Positions 1 through 14,893 of a stretch of DNA of 64,000 nucleotides are shown here, piece by piece (position 1 is the first letter of the stretch; every line of letters begins with the position of its first letter). Both the position numbers and the translations under genes were made by a program. Below the pieces are notes generated by a model, which worked only from the letters and a program-made list of their open reading frames with translations, was not told the DNA's origin and ran no database searches. The stretch lies in NCBI GenBank assembly GCA_030141605.1, contig JAQGDQ010000071.1:227605-291604 (forward strand), in the 5' to 3' direction. The stretch is from Tubiluchus corallicola (lineage: Eukaryota; Animalia; Priapulida).

Positions 1-22
1 GACTTTATCGAATGACATCCTG

Positions 23-825
23 ATGTTGCTCCAGTATGGTCCGATTACGGATGCTAAACCAGCGCCTAGATTTGTGGCTGCGTATTCGCAAAACGTTCCG
101 CCTATGTCACTCAAATCTGTTGATATCACAGTTATAATGAAACTGTTACAGAATGTACAAGAAGATCTGAAAGAACTCAAGTCTAATTCAGTCTCGCGAA
201 ATGAGCTTAATCAACTACTGGCACATAAAACAGATTCACAAGCCATTGGTAATTCTAAGAAGAATGAAATTGAGCAACATCAACGACCAAAAGGAAAAAG
301 CTATTCAGCAGCTGTGGGGCAAACGAGCCAGGCTAACTCAGTGGAAGATGTACAAAGAGGTGACATTAAGTCAAGCGGCATAAGTGATGACGGATTCACT
401 GTTGTGAACTACTCTAAACAACGGAAAAAAGCAGCAAAACTTCGCAGTTCTAAACGCACTATCACAGGGACAGCTACGGGAAAAGATGTGCTCATCAAAA
501 CCAGTTTGCCCGTAAGAGGAATCTTTGCAACTCGCTTGCATCCCAGCACGACGGAGGAGAACATCGAGCAACTGCTTCTAGATAATGTTGCTACGGCAAC
601 GAGGAATCAGATCAGATTATGAAGCCAGAAGTGTGGCCTGCAGGTGTACTTGTAAAGCCTTTTTACACTTCTGCCAATAAGAGAAGCCAGAGCAATGGCA
701 ATGATGCTAAATCTTCAGTGACATTGAACGCTAGACCACTTGCATCAAATAATTCGCAAGTCAGTCACCGGTTATGGTCGTCTCGTGAATCTTTAGTCAG
801 TAACGCTGGCTCGAATAACGAGTAA
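23..825 (+). CDS. LINE ORF1 protein, split by a frameshift near 600-620
   Basis: Coiled-coil-like segment, SYSAAV, DGFTVV and IFATRLHPSTTEENI (RRM-like), continuing in another frame as WPAGVLVKPF, a typical ORF1 C-terminal motif. Confidence 0.75.
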
Positions 826-832
826 ACCATTT

Positions 833-3490
833 ATGGAGCAAAACTGCACCCAAATATCCTCACTTAGAATAGTGAGTTACAATTGTAATTCGATCAAAAA
901 TCCGGAATCACTAGTAGTGTTAAAAGAACTCTGTAATCGCAGTGACATCGTGTTTCTTCAAGAAACGATGCTTCCAGTTCAAGAACTTGACTATTTGGCA
1001 ACAGTTGATCCAGATTTTCATGGAAGAGGGATCTCACCTACAGATCTGTCTGATGGACTTCTGAAAGGACGACCGCAGGGTGGCTTAGCTGTGCTCTGGA
1101 GAAAAACACTTCCGGGTGAATACAAGTTTATTACACATGAAAATGAATTTAATATTTTAGGTTTTTCAGCTCACCTGCCTAATAAACTGATGCCAATTAT
1201 GTTTGTGAATGTTTACTTTCCATATGAATGTGATGACAATCTAGATGATTTTAGATTGTGCTTAGGAAAATTAGACGCTTTCATTGAAATGTCAGCCACT
1301 GGTTACGTATGTTGCATAGGAGATTTTAATTCACACATAACAAGACAGTTTTATAGAGAACTGGAAGCATTGTGCTCAGCTAATAAGTATAATATTTCTG
1401 ATGTGCTCAGCTTGCCAGCTGATACCTTTACATATGTGAGTGCTGCACATCAAACTTGCTCTTGGTTAGACCACATAATTTGTACTGAAACAATGCATGT
1501 CATTGTTAGTAATATATTTGTTGATTACAATTTAACTAACTGTGATCATATGCCTATAGGTGCTCAGATCAATGTTGACCTTGTACTAAAAGTTTCAGCC
1601 ACTATCAGTATTCCAGGGAAGCAACCTGGGTCTAATAACTGTCAGGGCAAGAGGATACCTGGTTGGAATGACTACGTTGCAGATAGTCATAAATATTCTC
1701 GCCAGTGTTTCCTTGCATGGCGTATAAATGGCAAGCCACGTAATGGTTACTTAGCTGATGAAATGCGCCGTTCTCGAGCATTGTTTAAACGTGCATTGCG
1801 TGAGTGCAAACGCAATGAGAAACGTATTATTGCTGATAAGTTGGCTTATAAACTTATGCATGGTAACCCTTATGAATTTTGGACATCTATAAAAAAAGAA
1901 ACTAATTCTAAACTTCCTCTTTCTCCACAAGTTGGTGAGTCAAATGGGGAAAAGGACATTTGTGCAATGTGGGGTAATCATTATAAAAATTTGTTAAATT
2001 CAGTTGACAACAATGGTCTTAACGCGCGTATAAAACATGTTCTGAGCCATAGTATAACGTCCATTAATGCATTTACAGTTTTTGAAGTGCAAGAGGCAAT
2101 TGATAGGCTTGCCTTACATAAATCAGCTGGTCCAGACGGACTTAAAGGTGAACATTTCCGTAATTCATCCCATTTGCTGCCAATCATGTTGGCGCTGCTA
2201 TTCACGTCCTGTGTAACACACGGTTACTTGCCTCATTCGTTCATGTTATCTATACTAGTACCTCTCGTTAAAGGCAAAAATGGGGATATTACAGACAAGA
2301 ACAACTATAGGCCTATCGCTCTTTCATCTGTAGGAAGCAAAGTGATAGAAATACTGCTTCTAAATCGTTACAGTTCTTGTTTGAGTACCACGCCAAACCA
2401 GTTTGGTTTTGTTGAAAACTTAGGCACAGAGATGTGCATCCACACTTTAAAAGAGGTGCTTGACTATTACATTAGTCGACAAAGCACTGTACATATTCTG
2501 TTTATTGATGCATCAAAAGCGTTCGATAGAGTAAATTATCTCAAACTGTTCCTAAACCTTGTCAATACTAACCTACCAAATGTAGTAATTAGACTTTTGC
2601 TTTTTTATTACACGGAACAACGTATGTTGGTTAAATGGGGTAAATTTAACTCTGATAGTTTTGCAGTAGGTAACGGAATTCGTCAAGGTGGAAAAATGTC
2701 TCCACTGTTATTTAACTTCTATTTTAAAAATCTTAGTGCTGCACTTACTAACTCTGGGGTGGGTTGTCATATTGCTGAAGCCTGCATTAATCACTTGATG
2801 TACGCTGATGACATATGTCTTTTAGCAACAACCTCGACGGCTTTGCAGAGACTGCTAGATATTTTTAATAAATTTGCTAAAGAATATGATATCCTTGTAA
2901 ATGTGAATAAGACTAAACTTGTCACGTTTCGCTCCGCCCACATGCAGCAGTTTACTTTTGGGTCTGTTATTTTGCAGTGTAAAAGTTTTGTACCGAGTAA
3001 AAAGGAAAAATATCTGGGTCATATTTTATCAGATGACAATAGAGATGATTTAGATATATTACGACAGTGTTCAATTTACTATGGTAGAGCAAATAAATTA
3101 CTCATGAAATTTACTCACTGTTCAGTTAACGTGAAGAGACAATTGTTTAATGCTTACTGCACTACTTTTTATTGTATGTCCACTTGGAGACATTTTTATT
3201 CTTACAATCTCAGCAAACTCAAGGTTGCATATAATGTATCAACACGGAAGTTATTTAACTTTTCATATGATACGAGCGCAGGATATATTTCTACTAGACT
3301 TAATATTATTTATTTTGATGTTATTCACAGAAAATGTGTATTCAGTTTATATGTCAGGCTGAATAACAGTGAAAATATTATATGCAAGAGCATTTTAAAC
3401 AGTGATGTAAAATTTTCCTCTGTAATTAGATGCATTGGCGTAGTTTGTTATATAGTTAATTGTTATTTGTGTTATTATTGTTTTTCATGA
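833..3490 (+). CDS. LINE ORF2: apurinic-like endonuclease + reverse transcriptase
   Basis: APE motifs SYNCNS, FLQET, GDFN, WLDHI, DHMPI; RT motifs NYRPIAL, QFGF, FIDASKAFD, GIRQGGKMSP, YADD, KYLG. Confidence 0.95.
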   Translation: MEQNCTQISSLRIVSYNCNSIKNPESLVVLKELCNRSDIVFLQETMLPVQELDYLATVDPDFHGRGISPTDLSDGLLKGRPQGGLAVLWRKTLPGEYKFITHENEFNILGFSAHLPNKLMPIMFVNVYFPYECDDNLDDFRLCLGKLDAFIEMSATGYVCCIGDFNSHITRQFYRELEALCSANKYNISDVLSLPADTFTYVSAAHQTCSWLDHIICTETMHVIVSNIFVDYNLTNCDHMPIGAQINVDLVLKVSATISIPGKQPGSNNCQGKRIPGWNDYVADSHKYSRQCFLAWRINGKPRNGYLADEMRRSRALFKRALRECKRNEKRIIADKLAYKLMHGNPYEFWTSIKKETNSKLPLSPQVGESNGEKDICAMWGNHYKNLLNSVDNNGLNARIKHVLSHSITSINAFTVFEVQEAIDRLALHKSAGPDGLKGEHFRNSSHLLPIMLALLFTSCVTHGYLPHSFMLSILVPLVKGKNGDITDKNNYRPIALSSVGSKVIEILLLNRYSSCLSTTPNQFGFVENLGTEMCIHTLKEVLDYYISRQSTVHILFIDASKAFDRVNYLKLFLNLVNTNLPNVVIRLLLFYYTEQRMLVKWGKFNSDSFAVGNGIRQGGKMSPLLFNFYFKNLSAALTNSGVGCHIAEACINHLMYADDICLLATTSTALQRLLDIFNKFAKEYDILVNVNKTKLVTFRSAHMQQFTFGSVILQCKSFVPSKKEKYLGHILSDDNRDDLDILRQCSIYYGRANKLLMKFTHCSVNVKRQLFNAYCTTFYCMSTWRHFYSYNLSKLKVAYNVSTRKLFNFSYDTSAGYISTRLNIIYFDVIHRKCVFSLYVRLNNSENIICKSILNSDVKFSSVIRCIGVVCYIVNCYLCYYCFS

Positions 3491-3569
3491 TTTATTGTAT
3501 TATTTGTATTAATTTGTGATGTGTTTATGAACTTTGCGAAGTTTGAAATAAAATATTAAATCTAAAATC

Positions 3570-3575
<6 letters not shown>

Positions 3576-3628
<53 letters not shown>
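3576..3628. repeat. (GA)n microsatellite
   Basis: Directly visible, abutting the LINE 3' tail. Confidence 0.97.
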
Positions 3629-3630
<2 letters not shown>

Positions 3631-3803
3631 CGTTTTTTTCGTTTTATCTGCTGTTCTGTCTACAAAGTTTACAAATCGTTATGATTTAGGTGAAATTTAT
3701 TTGAAGAGCGAAACCAGGACAAGCAAAGAGGAAAACGCGAAAACGACAAGAGGAAATTTACTTCTTAAAACGACAAACTTTAAGTGGTTACTCATTATTT
3801 CAG

Positions 3804-5810
3804 TTGGTCACACTGAGGATGACATAGTTTTCGTCTGGAAAGCGGATCACACTATTTCAATGAATGAAAACATAACATTGCCTCAATTCGGCGAACCAAG
3901 ACCAAGAACTGTTTTGTGCGAAAACCAACATTACACCGGTAACTAAATAAATTATTAATTCATGAAAATATTTTAATAATTTTCAGAAAACCCCCAAAAA
4001 CATAAAAATGAATGAGGATATAAACATGCATTATAATACCGTTTGCTATGGTCCTATGGTCCGATGTTTACGCATTACCAAATCAATTTCTTTTCACTCC
4101 AACTCGCTTTGTGTTTTTCGAAGCACTGCTTCATCATGTATCTTAATAATTTGTTTTTCTTTCCAGGCAACTTCAGCTGTTTGAAAGTGGAATTTACGTT
4201 TAGACGCCGTCTTGGCTATCACTTGTCGCAGAGTTTCATACCCTGTGCGCTGTTAGTATGTTGTTCATGGCTTTCCTTCTGGTTGCATCCTGATGCCACA
4301 CCAGCGAGAGCCGGACTTGGTAAATCGTTTGTCTGTTCTTTAGCTTTTTTCGTTTTTCTTATGCTTTCCTATCTGTGTGTCGCTCGTATTTGCGTAATTT
4401 CTTTCCCAGGTTATATGAGCTTGTTTATTATTCTATTTATTAAGTGATTTATTTCAGGATTTTTCGTTTATACATTTGTTTGCTCATTTATTCATTATTC
4501 TTTCTATGGTTTTTAAGTTCGTTCTTTCTTTCGTCCATGCATTCATTCATTCCTTCCTTCCTTCCTTCCTTCATTCATTCATTCATTCATTCACTCACTC
4601 ACTCACTCACTCACTCACTCACGTACTCTCACACACAGGTTGCTAATTGTACGCTAGGCCTTTGTTGGAACACGTATTCCTGTACGTAAGTCACACAATA
4701 TTATTACTGCTGATAAAACTATGTGTGTCAAATGATATTTTTATCGCACGATTAATTCGAAATGTGCGTTATCTTATATTAGCTACTTTAGAAGGTAAAG
4801 CTGCTGCATCTTGAAGCCAAAAGTTTCATGAAAATGGTTTGCAACGTTTTAACATGTTAAAGTTCATGTTGACTTTCTTCTCACCCAGGCATGCCTGTTT
4901 GAAGCTTGTAGGCCTAATCTTAATTTATTTCATGTAAAAATATTTATTATAGGCGTTACAACATTTTTGGCAATCTACACACAAGCATCTGGAGTGCGTT
5001 ATTCATTACCTCCTGTCTCCTACACCAAAGCCATAGATATTTGGTTTAATGTCTGCACTGTATTTATCTTCTTATCCTTGGTAGAATTCGCCATTGTCAA
5101 TTACATATTGCGTCATACTAGAACGAAGAATTACAAAGTTAAAGACGGAAAAGTAAGTCCTCATTTAAAATACCAAAATTTATGTTTTTCTGTCAACATG
5201 AACAATTATTGAATTAATGATTTAATAGCAATATCATTGGTTATTTAATGAACAATCTGCTACACAGATTATGTAAGTCGAACCGCTCTCTTTGTAAGTA
5301 CAATAGAACTGAGAAAAGAACAATCTTATTAAATACGTGTATTCTGTATTGAAGAGCGTTTAGAAAATGTCTTATCACTTTCGGTAAGTCAACAAGAAGC
5401 GTGTAAGTAAGCAGAAAGCAAGCAAGCAAGCAACATCTTTATAAACAACGTAATGCTGTACAGGGACAAATTTTTGGCGGTGTTGAAATGAGCACATGTT
5501 TGTGGAGGAAGTATATTCCTTATTGCTTACCATTCCCTTGATATTACAGGTAAACGAGGTGGACATTGCTCTCAACCAGATACACGGTTCACCGGACAAA
5601 AATACCGACTCGCCTTCTGAGCTGGATACAATTACTTCTCTGCGCCGTACGTTTGAACACACAGTCTCGACGGTTGTGCCACCTGGGAAACGAAAAGCGA
5701 AAACTTTGGACCTCGTTTCTCGAGTTGCTTTTCCCTTGACGTTTATTTTATTTTTGCTCGTTTACTTCGTTCATTATTACGAACGTTATTCGCATTTCGA
5801 TACGAATTAA
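3804..5810 (+). CDS. Cys-loop ligand-gated chloride channel subunit (glycine receptor/GluCl-like), last four coding exons
   Basis: GT-AG exons 3804-3938, 4167-4319, 4953-5152, 5550-5810 join in frame: loop C CENQHYTGNFSC, pre-M1 RRRLGYH, M1 IPCALLVCCSWLSFW, M2 PARAGLGVTTFL, LPPVSYTKAIDIW, M4 LDLVSRVAFP. 5' exons not in the window. Confidence 0.93.
4540..4621. repeat. Compound tetranucleotide microsatellite (TTCA/TTCC/TCAC)
   Basis: Directly visible in an intron. Confidence 0.9.
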
Positions 5811-7397
5811 AGGCTTAATATCTTTCTCAGATTATAGGCAAGTATACACACAAAACCTTGGCAGGACAGGCTAAGACAGGCTTAACAAAGTTGCAGACAA
5901 TAGGTGCCAACGACTAATTTAGGGCAATCCAAAATATAAATTTCTGTAAGTATTAACGAAAATTTTTTTGGGATTTAGATCGATATAACTGCTTATTGTT
6001 TAATCAACCATTTTATATTTATAATAGCTGATTACAGTTAGCAACCCTATGTATAAATTAATAAATGCAATACAAAGAGACGCTGTATCTAACGCATCGA
6101 AACAATAGAGTTTGAACAATTATATGGATTTTAAAACAGTAATAGGAAGCCTAAAAGTAAAACATTCTGTACTGGCTTAGAGCCAAAATAAAAAATAGTG
6201 TTTTATGCTACCTTATTTATGTAATTATTAGCATAGTTAATTGTTGTCAGGTATTATTTGTTCGATTGATGTCAACAAAATATTTGCATAGTTGTTACAC
6301 AGTGTCAAAAAATGTTAACGTTCTTAATTTTTTCTGGCATAAAATATAGATAAATAAACTTTTAAAGTGGAAACGATAATCGCGATCATGACAGTAACAA
6401 TGTTTAAATTTATAGCGATTGTTATGTTATGTAAATCCCTCGCTATAATGATTATGTCATTTTACGTTGTATATACATTTGTAAAAATGTTTGTAATTAT
6501 GTAAGTACTGCTTGTAAATAAACTAACCTGTAGTTATTTGGTAACTTTATTAAAATAGATAATGTTGTTGCATATATGTGTAGTGTTTGTTGAGCGTGCC
6601 AAATTGTCAATTACTAGAGGCCCTGATTGGGCGAGAAACATGATGCATTGCACAGAGTGATGTTTACGCTATAAGTTTTAAATGAAAACTGATTAACTGA
6701 TGATAAAAAAACACACACATAATATAATTCTTGACGCAACACATGGCTTGAAGTCTCATGCGGTGTTTCATGTCGTTTCATGCCGTCATAGACGAAAAAG
6801 AGGCGGCGGCCAGTCAAAACTGGCTAATATTGGCTAAAATGGCTATATCTTCGCTAACGGAATATTGGCTAAAAAATTCGTAAGTCAAAAAAAAATTCAT
6901 AAAAAGCTGAAGGTATCCTGACAAAGGCAAATTTATGGGCACTGTGCAAAGTTAATGTGGCGGTAAACATGGGCGAGTGTTTCAGAAAAATAATGTTAGT
7001 TGAATGATGTTTCATGTACTTTTGTCTCCGTGTATGTAAGATACATTTGAGTTTCCCGAATGAATGTACTTTGTGTGGAATGGTGTTAAATGCGCTTTTG
7101 TTATTTTGAGCGGTTTTTGTTTTTGCCAGCAAAGTTGACGCAGTGGTATAGGCTGATCAGTGTCGTCTATCAGTCTGTCCAATTGTCTGACATTTTTCCT
7201 AACAGAAATGGATACCTTGGTGCCTAAACACAAATATCATCATTCTTTCTGCAGTAAAAGGTGCAATGTAGTTAATGAGCAGCTGTGCTTGCGCCATCTT
7301 GGCAGCCGCCTTGAAATCCTAATTGGACTTGTAAACGTACATTTAGCCACCAAACTATTGTCCTACCCGCTTCAATACTCAGTAGCAAAAATACGTG

Positions 7398-7550
7398 TAT
7401 GGCCCTTATATATATATATATATATAGCCTTTATATGGCCACATGTGGCCTATATGCCTCATGTGTGCTTCATATGCCTATATGCCTATATGTGGCCCTA
7501 CATGCCTCATGTGGCCCTATATATATATACATATATATAAGGCCCTTATA
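7398..7550. repeat. Degenerate minisatellite (ATATGCCT/ATGTGGCCCT units with TA runs)
   Basis: Recurring tatatgcct and atgtggccct motifs. Confidence 0.7.
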
Positions 7551-8115
7551 CTTCTAGTAAGTTCCTTTGGTTTATTATGTGAACTCCTTCCTATCAGGTA
7601 GAGAATTGCTGTTATCAAGAAAACTACAAACTACTGTGCACCCAGCTCAATGGATTTACTGTTGACGACGTAGACTTAGATTATTAGCTGTCTTTCTTTT
7701 TCCAAATTTAAAAATAAATTAATTTTAATAATATCTAATTAAAAACAATGCAATTGTGTGGTGTGTGCCTGTCCAATGCACAATACAAAACAATCCAAGT
7801 GCTTCAGTGTCATCGTTCGTTGTTTATGCGATTTCATTAAGTGAAAATCTTTAGTCCCAGCCAGTTTAGCGAATGTAGTTACAGGGCGGAATGGCATTCA
7901 AATTCGCCAATTGAAGTCAAATGCTTTTACACAACATTCGACCGCATTAAGTGAACTTTCCACACATGATAATTCTACATACACTCAAGAAGGTGTGCGT
8001 CTCGTGGAATCAAGTTTTAAACCGTGAAAAAATTGAGTATCTGTCAAGTAAGAAAGGGCCACCTCGTGCAAAACCTGAAGTTTATAAAAGCGAATAATAA
8101 TAACAACAGTACTGT

Positions 8116-8552
<437 letters not shown>

Positions 8553-9484
8553 CGTCGTCGTCGGCTTTCACTCGTTTCCGAGTATTGTCCTTTCGGTCGA
8601 AGTTACTAGCTGTGGTGGGCACGTTGGGGGCTTAACAGCCCGATCCTTGCTCGAAACATTCTGGTGCATTTGTCACATTGGATGGTGGGAGTTACCTGAG
8701 GTTGACGGGCCTTCTCTTTCCTTCGTTGACGTTTGGCTTCAATTACTGCTCGTCTAGTTGTTTCAAAATGCTCAGTCCCTTCCTGGATGACTCTTCTCCA
8801 CTTTGTTCGCTGCCGCGCTGTCTGTTCCCAGGTTTCTGGATCGATCCTTGCTGATTGCAGGGTTTCTTTTAGTTGGTCCTTGTAGCGGCGCCTAGGGCGG
8901 CCCAGGGGGCGTTTTCCAGTGCTCAGCTCACTGAAGAGGATCCTTCGGGGAAGTCTGTTTTCGTCCATACGTGCTACATGACCTGCCCACCTTAGCCGAT
9001 GTTTCGTAATCATAGCTTCTATACTAGTGGTGTTGAATCTCTCGAGAACTGAATTATTGGTGACATAATCATCCCATCTGATGTTGGAAACTGAGCGAAG
9101 CTTTTTCTGGTGGAACTGTTCGAGTTTTTTCAGGTCTTGGCGGTACAGAGTCCATGTTTCACATCCGTAAAGGAGTGTGGAAACGACAATAGCATTATAG
9201 ACCATCAGCTTGGTTCGACGAGTTAGATGAGCATTACCAAAGACACGGGTTGAGAGTCTGCCGAAAGCGGCATGGGCAGCTCTAAGCCTATTTTCCACAT
9301 CCTTTGTTGAATTGCACTGGACGGAGATCAGACTGCCCAGGTACGGGAAATGTTCAACACATTCTAGATCTGCACCATTAATGGAAATGTTACATACTGG
9401 TGTGTTTGCTTCAGGTGATGGTTGGACAATAACTTTGGTTTTTCCTATGTTGACTGTAAGGCCAAAGCGAGAATATGCGTCATG
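8553..9484 (-). mobile_element. 5'-truncated RTE-clade (BovB-like) LINE
   Basis: Open frame 9484 to 8606: FGLTVNIGKTKV, FPYLGS, AFGRL, LLYGCETW, RLRWAGHVARM, GRPRRRYKD, C-terminal CDKC..H motif; short 3' UTR with ACTCG-GAAA-CGAGT hairpin running into (TAG)n. Confidence 0.93.
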
Positions 9485-9808
<324 letters not shown>

Positions 9809-10446
9809 GTATTAGTCTGTTATTGTTAAAAATGACTAAATTTCGTGTTTAATGCAAATTGTTAGAGAGCTGTGTTTTACTGTTTTACTAACGATTTGCT
9901 CTTCTCAACATCGACTCAAGCATATCATCTCTAAGAACGGCAATTGTACGCGTATTTTACAGAAGTCAAAACCGATAGAATCTTTTATTAGATACTAAAA
10001 GTTAGTGAGATCACTTGCACACTATCAGTTAAAAAAAGCTGTTGTCTCTGCTTTTCATTACAGTTTGCACTCTATGTACGTCATTCTCACCAGGTACGTC
10101 GCTTACACTGTTAAATGATCAGGAAATGAGGACTACGACCTCCAAACCTACTTCGGGTTAAACTTACAGTTTTATATAGTCAGGGCATTAAAGCTGAGCA
10201 GTAGAAAATACCGTCTTATTAGGTAGACATACTTAATTTTGTGGCTGTGTCTGCAAAATAATAGTACTTGACACAATCGTTTATCAAAACGGTATAAAAT
10301 GACACCCGGATGTTCTAAATCGAAAAATAATCCCCCTGGCCACCAAGGGCGACTGAAATGGTTCGTTCATTTAAATATGTGATTTGTCGCTATCAGCCCT
10401 GCAGCCGTCGAGAAAATTATAGCTATAACTTCGTCAACAATACGAA

Positions 10447-10565
10447 GTCGAAGTTTCGAGCTACAAAGTTGGAATTTCGAAAGACCAATTCGAAATTTCG
10501 AGTTACACTAGGTCAAAATTTCGAGGTACACTCTCGAAATCCTTAGTTAGTCGAAATTTCGAGAT
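10447..10565. repeat. Array of palindromic TCGAAATTTCGA-like motifs, probably a DNA-transposon remnant
   Basis: About six imperfect copies of tcgaaatttcgag. Confidence 0.55.
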
Positions 10566-11072
10566 AATACATTATCTTTTTATTTTTTCTATGTCCCTAA
10601 CTAGTAAGCCGCTGTACAGAGTTTTGAAACTCTTAATAAAATTCTTTAAAAATATTGACTTGTAAATTTGGTTTTACATTGTAATTTAATCAATTATCAA
10701 TAAATTTTAATGCAAAAGCGCATTTTTTCACCATTGATGCTATTTGCTGAGGAAATCAAAATTTATTTTGGTGGCATTTTGTACAAGTTTGTTGAGATTC
10801 ATATTATTAGGTATACAATGCAACTCTATTTGATGAACAGGAAAAAGTATAATAATATGTAATAATAATTTTAAAATGCATTTAATGTGTTTACGAAATT
10901 GCGTGATACGAAGTTGTGTACTAAACATGTGATAAGGCTTATTTTGGGAAAACCGTTATGGCAAAATTACGATAGTACTTTAACTATTCATGTCAGACAG
11001 CTTTGACATTAATAGAAGAAAAATTTTATATCCAGCCAGAATTATTCAGTCAGTCGACCAGTCAACAATCCG

Positions 11073-11211
11073 TCAGTCAGTCAGTCAGTCAGTCAGTCAG
11101 TCAGTCAGTCAGTCAGTCAGTCAGTCAGTCAGTCAGTCAGTCAGTCAGTCAGTCAGTCAGTCAGTCAGTCAGTCAGTCAGTCAGTCAGTCAGTCAGTCAG
11201 TCAGTCAGTCA
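11073..11211. repeat. (GTCA)n microsatellite
   Basis: Directly visible. Confidence 0.97.
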
Positions 11212-11419
11212 ATTAGCTAGTTATTTAGCCAGTCATGTATTCAATCAATTAGCTAATTAGTTAGTTGACCGTCAGTCACGCAGTCAGCCAGTAAGTCATT
11301 TGTTCAGTCAATTAATCAAAAATTCAATCTAAAACAAACATTATTGGATGATGCTGTTTGCAAAAAACTATTTCTAGTTAGTTCTACATACCATGAAAAC
11401 TGAGTTGGGCGGTGACATT

Positions 11420-13457
<2,038 letters not shown>

Positions 13458-14749
13458 CTGTAATCAGTTAATAATTTACATACAGTACTTACGCATTTTG
13501 AGGTACAGTCCTGTGGATTAAAGCTACTATTAAAATTTTTTTATTCGTACTCAGACACACGTTCAATAACAAAATTATGTACAAGGATTAGTCAACAAAT
13601 AACAATATAGGTTAAATAAATCAGGCTAGTTAAAAATATAAATCTAATACACGTACATAATACACCAATAATTGTCTGTTCAACACGACATGACTTTAAA
13701 AATTAGTAAACAAAATATCAACGTGAGCACTTTATAAGTTATTGTTAATGCGATGACTAATTTCACACAGACACAGTTAAAAACAAAGACTTAATCAGCT
13801 AGAACAGCTCAACTAATGAGTGAACTGCTGAAGTTTTGTTTCGCTCGCCTAAGTGTTAACAGGTTACGTCATTTTTTCAAATATCTGCATCGAGGTTTGT
13901 TTGGCGAGAGGGAGATTAATTTAAATACCTTTTGCATTTTTAAGCAAAACGTTATTTGCGCGTATATTGTGTAGTAATTTCAATATTTTAAAGTGTATGT
14001 TAAAATACAATGAATGTTGTTCCTTTAACTGCTTGCTAAAGCTGAACTTTGCAAAGGCAAATTGTTGAGGTAGCAGTTGTCTGTGCTGAATTTCTCTGGA
14101 CATGTTACTAGAATAAAATTAGCTTACACAACATTACGCAGTGATGTAAACAATATTTTAACCTTGCAAGCTCCAAGATAGCATCCAAGTAACCAAGCCA
14201 ATAAGGGTTTCAAAATTAACATTGAACGAAATAAAATTTTATAACTAGGAATCAAAGCCGTTGATTTGGAAATTTTTACAGGTTTTGCTGGTCCTGACTG
14301 GATGTTCTGGAAGCAGCCATGCTCAAGGCTATGAGCGTGAGTGCATAGATATTTAATTTTCCTTATTTTCGACAAGGTTGGTACAAACCTTAAGCTTGCA
14401 CGTTTGTCACCCATCGTGTCCATTTTAGTATCTTTTATGGCACATTTGAAAAAAATCTTCATTTTCTTGGATATCCTAATGACTATAATATAAGACAGGG
14501 TAAGACAGGGTGGACAGGCAAAGGGCCACCGACTCTCCACATTCCAAATGTGGTGAAGGCTGACGGCTGCATTATTAAATAAGTCTGCAGCCTTGAGCGA
14601 ATTGCAACTTTTACAACTTTTTTATTAAAAAATAATAAATAATAATATTAGTAAAACTTAGCAAAACCCAAATACGTCGGAAATTAAATAACGAAATCAT
14701 TGACTTTTTGTACAAATGTATGTGCTTAGCGTATACAAGTTTTCGTAGT

Positions 14750-14893
14750 AGATCCCACTATTTATGTAGACCAGTGAAGTTAAAATACAGGAGATATAAG
14801 TACTTCGATGTAGATTATTTCTCAAACGATGTATGTTTAGCCCCGTTAGATGCGGTCCCGTTTACTTTTGACGATTGTGAAGACCAGTGCTAG
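14750..14893 (+). mobile_element. CR1-like LINE ORF2 linker fragment
   Basis: KLKYRRYKYFDVDYFSNDVCLAP...FDDCEDQ resembles the post-endonuclease YR.YK.FD motif of CR1/L2 ORF2. Confidence 0.55.

Larger units (their letters stand above)
1..3574 (+). mobile_element. Non-LTR retrotransposon (LINE) with ORF1 + APE/RT ORF2, probably RTE-X/Proto2-like; 5' end outside the window
   Basis: ORF1 remnants 23-622 and 619-825; ORF2 833-3490; AATAAA at 3547-3552 followed by a short AAATCT-type tail ending ~3574. Clade is by motif recall only. Confidence 0.92.

Noticed and set aside
10033-10093. Signal-peptide-like segment KKLLSLLFITVCTLCTSFSP with a phase-1 donor, as pentraxin exon 1
   Set aside because: No in-frame ATG (TAA directly upstream) and 7 kb away; unsupported without transcripts.
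14124-14540. 138-aa - strand ORF with a hydrophobic stretch
   Set aside because: No recognisable domain and no consistent splicing to neighbours; may belong to the 11.4-13.5 kb relic.
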